A stretch of DNA of 32,525 bases from Planctomycetota bacterium (GTDB lineage Bacteria; Planctomycetota; Phycisphaerae; WQYP01): contig JBEHXY010000003.1 of NCBI GenBank assembly GCA_048498455.1, positions 1 to 32,525 of the forward strand. The letters are read 5' to 3'. A program made the translations under genes and the position numbers. Within the stretch, counting starts at the first letter, position 1; each line of letters opens with the position of its first letter. Shown here piece after piece: positions 28,163 to 32,525 of the stretch. The notes under the pieces are model-generated. The model was not told the DNA's origin and did not search any database. It saw only the letters and a program-made list of their open reading frames with translations.

Positions 28163-30436
28163 ATGGTCAGCTGGATGAACTTTTCTGTCGGCAAACGCGT
28201 GGGTCTCCTGCTGGCGGCCGCTGCATGGATTTGCGTGCAGAAGCAGTCGATCGCCGCTGTTCCTGAGAGTGTCGCTGTTCGCAAGCAAGGTCCAGAAGTT
28301 CAGGCAATCATCGACCTGTTGGGCGCCAAGGCGATCAAGGCTGCCGGCACATGGCAGACGCGGGCGGGGTGGCAGGGCGTTCCCGATGACCCGTGGGAAC
28401 TGGGCCTGGCGTCAGGACAATGGTATGTCAAATCTCTTGCCTTGAAGCCTTCTGCCTTTGAATCTTTTCAACTGCTTGGTTCAACCGACGACATTTTTTT
28501 CATGTGGAAAAACGGATCCTCTCCCGACCCCGTTCGGTTCCAATTCGACACGTTGGAGAGCGGCCGTTTCCCCGGCGGGTCCGAGTACATCGCCGGGCAC
28601 TTCCTTTTGCAGATCAACGTTATGCCGCAGCAGTTCATCGGTGCTCTCGGGGGACTAAGCGTTGTTGGGAAACAGCCCGCCGAGGGTGTCGAACTGGTCC
28701 ACCTGCGGGCGGATCCCAAAGCGGACAAGGTCGCAGCATCTGATATGGCCTTTGTGGGTCCCACAGGTACTGTGCCTGCAGGGAGGCTACGCCCAACAAT
28801 CGATCTGTTTTACGACCCTGCACGGCAGGCAATTGTCAGGGTGGACGTATCGGCTTCAACCGCGGAACGATACCGGGCGAAAGTCGACGGGTGGGACGCG
28901 TTTGGCACCGCTTCACAATGGCCTGCCAAGATTACGGGGAGTCAATTCGGCCCAAGCACCCAATCGAACGAGGAAACTAGCGAACTCCCCAGAAAAACAT
29001 TCTTGCTGGTAGTTGAAAAGTTCACGCCTGGTCCATCGACGATGCTGAAGCAGGTGGCAAAGGACTTCGAGGCTCATCTCGCCATCCCGACTGCCCCGTC
29101 CTCGATGCGCAGGCCCGCGTTTTACAAAGCATCTTTGTCTCTCAAGGACAATCCGATGGACCGACTTGCTCTGGCAGAGGCCGATTTTCTGCTTGCAGAG
29201 GATGTCGAGGGCGGGCTTGCCGCATGGTCGCAGCTCGACCGCCAGTTCCCCGACCAAAAAACGCAGCGGACGGTACGAAACTCACTCGCTGTGGCCGCTG
29301 GACGGGCAATGGCCTCCGCTGCCAAGACCCCGAATCAGCAGTTGGCTTGCGCAGAACTGCTGCAGCGTTTTGTCCAATTCGACGACTCTGAGTTTCAAAG
29401 CATCGCGGGCTTCGTTTGCTCAACATGGGCGAGCCTGCGGAATGAACCGGCAACCCGCATATCCGTGCAACGGCTGACCCCCTTAATCCTTCGCAAGGCG
29501 GCCTCAGTTGGCAACGTCATGGTGCTTGAACAGCTGATTCGCATGGCGGAGAGTCGCAGAGAGGACGCTGAGCTTCTCGATCCGGTGTTGCGCACCATAG
29601 TAGAACAATCGGTCCCTCTTTCGGGCTTACTCGATAGCCGCCAAGACTACTTGATCGCAGCTGCAGTCCGTGCTGGAACCCTGCAACGGGCCGCCGGCTA
29701 CATTGACGCCTTAAAGTTCCAACCAGACGCAAAGGAACAGGATCGGCAAGTCGCTGCCCTCTGGCACCAAGCCGTTGAGCATGCTCAGACACTTCGGACC
29801 GGCGATCCCGCTGGCCTCACTGGTGCCATTGGAACATACGCCTCCTTTGGAAAGCTGAGCTTTGCCACCCACCGGACCGATCGCGTCTATGGTCAGCTTG
29901 TGCTCGTGCAAGCTGTCGAGGCGCTGCTGAATCGCTTGGCTGAAGGCAATGACAAGACGCAGGCGAGCGATTTGATTCGCCAAACTTCAAACGTTGGTGA
30001 CTCACAGATGTTCTGGCAAGCGGTCCTACGGCAAAGCGCGACGGACAATTCCCTGCGGCCGCAATACATGTTCGCTGTCATGGGACCGGCTATGCGAGCT
30101 TACGGCGAGGCTTTCAAAGATCTGGCCTTCGAGTCACAACTATGGGTATCCCTGGCAGTAAGGCCGGAGATACGAGGTCAGCAGCTTGGACTTGAAGTGC
30201 AGTATCTGAACAAGGCTCTCGCGGCCGCGCGGGACGATCAAGCACGGGGTCAGATCATCGTTTCTCTGGGCTCTGCATACGCAAACGTGCGCGAGTATGT
30301 CAAGGGGGCCCAGGCGGTCGAAGGTGCGGCCGACATTGTGCAGGATCCCGCAGTACGCATGCAGCTTATGTCGTTCGCCATGTATCTAAAAAACCGGGGC
30401 GCATCTGTCATGGCGAAGCGTGCTCCGTCACCCTGA
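28163..30436 (+). CDS. Secreted hypothetical protein with helical (TPR-like) C-terminal half
   Basis: Long ORF; GGAG before ATG 28163; signal-peptide-like KRVGLLLAAAAWICVQKQSIAA. Confidence 0.75.
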   Translation: MVSWMNFSVGKRVGLLLAAAAWICVQKQSIAAVPESVAVRKQGPEVQAIIDLLGAKAIKAAGTWQTRAGWQGVPDDPWELGLASGQWYVKSLALKPSAFESFQLLGSTDDIFFMWKNGSSPDPVRFQFDTLESGRFPGGSEYIAGHFLLQINVMPQQFIGALGGLSVVGKQPAEGVELVHLRADPKADKVAASDMAFVGPTGTVPAGRLRPTIDLFYDPARQAIVRVDVSASTAERYRAKVDGWDAFGTASQWPAKITGSQFGPSTQSNEETSELPRKTFLLVVEKFTPGPSTMLKQVAKDFEAHLAIPTAPSSMRRPAFYKASLSLKDNPMDRLALAEADFLLAEDVEGGLAAWSQLDRQFPDQKTQRTVRNSLAVAAGRAMASAAKTPNQQLACAELLQRFVQFDDSEFQSIAGFVCSTWASLRNEPATRISVQRLTPLILRKAASVGNVMVLEQLIRMAESRREDAELLDPVLRTIVEQSVPLSGLLDSRQDYLIAAAVRAGTLQRAAGYIDALKFQPDAKEQDRQVAALWHQAVEHAQTLRTGDPAGLTGAIGTYASFGKLSFATHRTDRVYGQLVLVQAVEALLNRLAEGNDKTQASDLIRQTSNVGDSQMFWQAVLRQSATDNSLRPQYMFAVMGPAMRAYGEAFKDLAFESQLWVSLAVRPEIRGQQLGLEVQYLNKALAAARDDQARGQIIVSLGSAYANVREYVKGAQAVEGAADIVQDPAVRMQLMSFAMYLKNRGASVMAKRAPSP

Positions 30437-30502
30437 GGACGGGTTGCACGAGAGCAGAATTGGTCGTGGAGATTCACAGGTCCGTTTTGAGATGAGGCCT
30501 TT

Positions 30503-32525
30503 ATGACGTGTTCATTTCGCGTTCGCCGCTCTTGGGTCGCAATTCTTTTAACATTGGCTGTTAGCCGTTTGCCGATGCCAGCGTATGGACAAGTATCCGT
30601 TGTCAATGGGGGCGTGGACCATTTCAACGGAAGCATCACCACAAACTTGCAGTTCCACGTGATTCCGGCCTCCGGAACCGAGGTGACAACGGATACGGGT
30701 GACCCAACCGAATTCACAAAGACCATCAGCGTGACCATTAATGGTGACGGCACGGTGTCGGAAGGGGGCACCACCGATGCGATTGCGTCACTCAATACCA
30801 CTACCGCATACGTGCCGATCTTGTCCGTGAGGATGTGGACAGACACGCGGTCGGCAGGCTTACGAGAAGTCTCAAGCGATATCCAAGGCTGGGAACCCCT
30901 TCAGGCCTGGACTACCAGCATTGTCAATAGCGGTGACCCTCAATATGAGGTTTGGGACCCCGAGCCCCGCGAGGTCTCTGGCGATCCTTTGCAACTCGCT
31001 GCCTTTCCTTTCGCCTTTACGGTCACAGTTCACGCAAAGCACAACGCCGATGTCACCTCGTCCGGCCTTGGTTTCTTGTTCGACCTGTCACTTTCGACAG
31101 GAACCCTGAAAAAAGAACCAAAGAACTCCATTGTCGCTCTCATGCCGACTTGTCATCTGCAGGGTAAGAGCGATTGGAACTCGTTAGGGAACATTTATGC
31201 GGCCTCGCCAATCACCTCGGGATCGGGCGTAGAACGAACCACCGGCGCTGCTCAAGTGATGCGGTCCGACATGGTATCAGGTTCTCTTGGGATGGCAGGA
31301 ATGAGCGCGAGCAGTTTTATGAGCATGTCCGCGGATGTAGTACCTGGTAATGGGAGCCCAGGACAAGGCAGCGGCTGGCAAATGGCGCAGCTGCCGATGC
31401 TTCGGTCAGCGGGCACGAACCAAATTGCAATTTCTGCGCGAGGCGATGCAGATAAGCAATACACGTATAGCTCCAGCAGCTGGCAGGCCCTGGCATTTGG
31501 CAAACATGCGTTCACGCAAAATACCACCGACAGTGAATACGTAGAGACCACGGAAAAAGGGGAAGTGTTACGCTACCACGACCTTAGCCAAAGCAGTTAT
31601 CCGCGCGGAGCATTCAAGAGCTTGGTGGATGGCTATGGCAATACGACCACAGCAGACTACGCCAGTGGGTCACTCACAAGCATCACGAAGGCTTCGGCGG
31701 GTGCGTCGCTCCGCGAACGGTGGTATTACACAATGGTGGCGACAGGTGTGAATTTTGATCTCGTAGAAAGCATTTCATACAAACGGTCCACGGATGCTGG
31801 TTCCACATGGGGAAGCATCATTCGGAAAACGGATTACGCCTACTATGATGGAATTGAGTCCAATGGAAACCAGCGGGATCTGAAGCTTGCTGTCGTCAAA
31901 GATGCAAGCGGTGCTGTCCTCGACACGAACTATTATCGGTATTACACAAGCGGCGAGTCCCAGGGATACACCCATGCTCTGAAGTTCGTTGTCGGACCTC
32001 AAAGTTACGAGCGGCTGAAAGCCTGGTGTGCGGCCCAGAGCCCGGCTATCAGCGATCCGACCTCCGTCACCGACAGTCAGTTGGCGGTGTTTGCCGATCA
32101 ATACTTTGAGTATGACTCGGACCGGCGCGTCACAACTTCGACCATCCAGGGGGCGGGCTGTTCCTGTTCTGGTTCCTCGGGGCAGGGGACTTACACGTAT
32201 GCCTGGACAAGCAACAGCCACTCCACCTACACCGATGACGCGAATGTCTGGAAAATCAAGTGCGTCGAGACGCTGCCGGACTCAAGCACACGCACCAGTT
32301 ACTCGAATTACCTCGGCGAAGTGATGCTGCTGGTCGATGAGGCTGGCAACAACCACTTCAGCAAGTACGATTCCGCCGGCCGCGTTTTATGGACCGCCGA
32401 GCCCTCGGCGTTCGTCGCCAGCAGCAGTGTCTACTACAACGACACGAACGATGATTTACTCAACTTCTCCACAGGCAACTCGCCCTACCTTTCGGACTCG
32501 GCTGGCTTAATTCACGTATTTAGCT
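30503..32525 (+). CDS. RHS/YD-repeat protein, N-terminal part (open to the window end)
   Basis: Hand translation from ATG 30503 (GAGG upstream) finds no stop before 32525. Signal peptide MTCSFRVRRSWVAILLTLAVS; YD-type segments LVDGYGNTTTADY, YAYYDG, DQYFEYDSDRRVT, ETLPDSSTRTSYSNYLGEVML, KYDSAGRV. Confidence 0.85.
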   Translation, partial: MTCSFRVRRSWVAILLTLAVSRLPMPAYGQVSVVNGGVDHFNGSITTNLQFHVIPASGTEVTTDTGDPTEFTKTISVTINGDGTVSEGGTTDAIASLNTTTAYVPILSVRMWTDTRSAGLREVSSDIQGWEPLQAWTTSIVNSGDPQYEVWDPEPREVSGDPLQLAAFPFAFTVTVHAKHNADVTSSGLGFLFDLSLSTGTLKKEPKNSIVALMPTCHLQGKSDWNSLGNIYAASPITSGSGVERTTGAAQVMRSDMVSGSLGMAGMSASSFMSMSADVVPGNGSPGQGSGWQMAQLPMLRSAGTNQIAISARGDADKQYTYSSSSWQALAFGKHAFTQNTTDSEYVETTEKGEVLRYHDLSQSSYPRGAFKSLVDGYGNTTTADYASGSLTSITKASAGASLRERWYYTMVATGVNFDLVESISYKRSTDAGSTWGSIIRKTDYAYYDGIESNGNQRDLKLAVVKDASGAVLDTNYYRYYTSGESQGYTHALKFVVGPQSYERLKAWCAAQSPAISDPTSVTDSQLAVFADQYFEYDSDRRVTTSTIQGAGCSCSGSSGQGTYTYAWTSNSHSTYTDDANVWKIKCVETLPDSSTRTSYSNYLGEVMLLVDEAGNNHFSKYDSAGRVLWTAEPSAFVASSSVYYNDTNDDLLNFSTGNSPYLSDSAGLIHVFS

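Noticed and set aside
30250-32324. Short track ORFs in the last 2 kb
   Set aside because: They overlap the continuous + frame from 30503 that encodes the RHS protein.

Overview
GC-rich bacterial window, probably Planctomycetota (inferred from the DUF1559-like prepilin gene, the ECF sigma/Ser-Thr kinase module and the RHS protein style). 1-9.2 kb holds the leader end of a CRISPR array (36-bp repeats) and a complete minus-strand type I-G (I-U) cas operon: cas7/csb1, csb2, cas3 with C-terminal HD, short cas8g2/csb3, cas4-cas1 fusion, cas2. Directly upstream and co-oriented (9.3-15.6 kb) is a closely packed six-gene cassette, the main candidate for an undescribed system: amino-DNA methyltransferase, sigma70/ECF-like factor, XRE-like HTH protein, ImmA/IrrE-type HExxH metallopeptidase, divergent NurA-like nuclease and HerA ATPase. 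The sigma and peptidase genes each carry a 1-nt frameshift and the methyltransferase has SPPC in place of SPPY. 16.3-20.2 kb is a patchwork of truncated IS5 and ISKra4 pieces, a 5'-truncated DUF342/FapA gene and a ~270-bp highly structured non-coding segment with three GTGA tetraloop hairpins. 20.7-32.5 kb holds an ECF sigma / hypothetical / prepilin / kinase-beta-propeller cluster, a small Zn-ribbon protein, a secreted 757-aa protein and an RHS/YD protein that runs off the window and is absent from the ORF track. All family assignments come from motif recognition by eye; no searches were run.
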